DNA of 6,983 nucleotides from a virus (Duplodnaviria; Heunggongvirae; Uroviricota; Caudoviricetes): IMG/VR virus record IMGVR_UViG_2711768011_000013; one strand, 5' to 3'. Shown piece by piece: positions 6,901 to 6,983 of this stretch (position 1 is its first letter; each line of letters starts with the position of its first letter). The notes under the pieces were generated by a model. It saw only the letters and a program-made list of their open reading frames with translations, ran no database searches and was not told where the DNA came from. The position numbers and the translations under genes were made by a program.

Positions 6901-6983
6901 GGTGATGCTGCCAACTTACTGATTTAGTGTATGATGGTGTTTTTGAGGTGCTCCAGTGGCTTCTGTTTCTATCAGCTGTCCCT
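6901..6983 (+). mobile_element. IS1 left end (terminal inverted repeat GGTGATGCTGCCAACTTACTGAT at 6901-6923), continuing beyond the window
   Basis: The final 83 nt match the IS1 left end as I recall it (GGTGATGCTGCCAACTTACTGATTTAGTGTATGATGGTGTTTTTGAGGTGCTCCAGTGGCTTCTGTTTCTATCAGCTGTCCCT). Confidence 0.9.
6956..6983 (+). CDS. insA: IS1 InsA, 5' fragment only (runs off the window)
   Basis: GTG GCT TCT GTT TCT ATC AGC TGT CCC encodes (M)ASVSISCP, the InsA N-terminus. Confidence 0.7.

Noticed and set aside
5926-6927. Plus-strand ORFs 5926..6489, 6437..6859 and 6730..6927
   Set aside because: Antisense to the gp48-like and baseplate J-like genes; the last one crosses the IS1 junction, so it cannot be a native gene.

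Overview
This window looks like a Shigella/EIEC-type chromosomal ipaH island: an intact IpaH-family type III effector gene (LRR domain plus NEL E3 ubiquitin ligase domain) on the + strand, preceded by an exact MxiE box, converging on a decayed P2/Mu/e14-like prophage tail module on the - strand. Reading the - strand from the right edge: IS1 left end (runs off the window) | baseplate J-like gene fragment cut by the IS1 | Mu gp48/YmfQ-like tail protein | tail fibre with a P2 gpH-like C-terminus | tail fibre assembly gene with an in-frame nonsense codon | second tail fibre with a lambda Stf-like N-terminus | chaperone-like gene broken by a 227-nt N run | intrinsic terminator. All homology statements come from reading the translations against remembered protein families; no database search was run. 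I do not see a convincingly novel system here; the most interesting signals are the MxiE-box-driven effector carried on a dead prophage, a perfect hairpin in its 5' leader, and the specific lesions (IS1, nonsense codon) that inactivate the phage.
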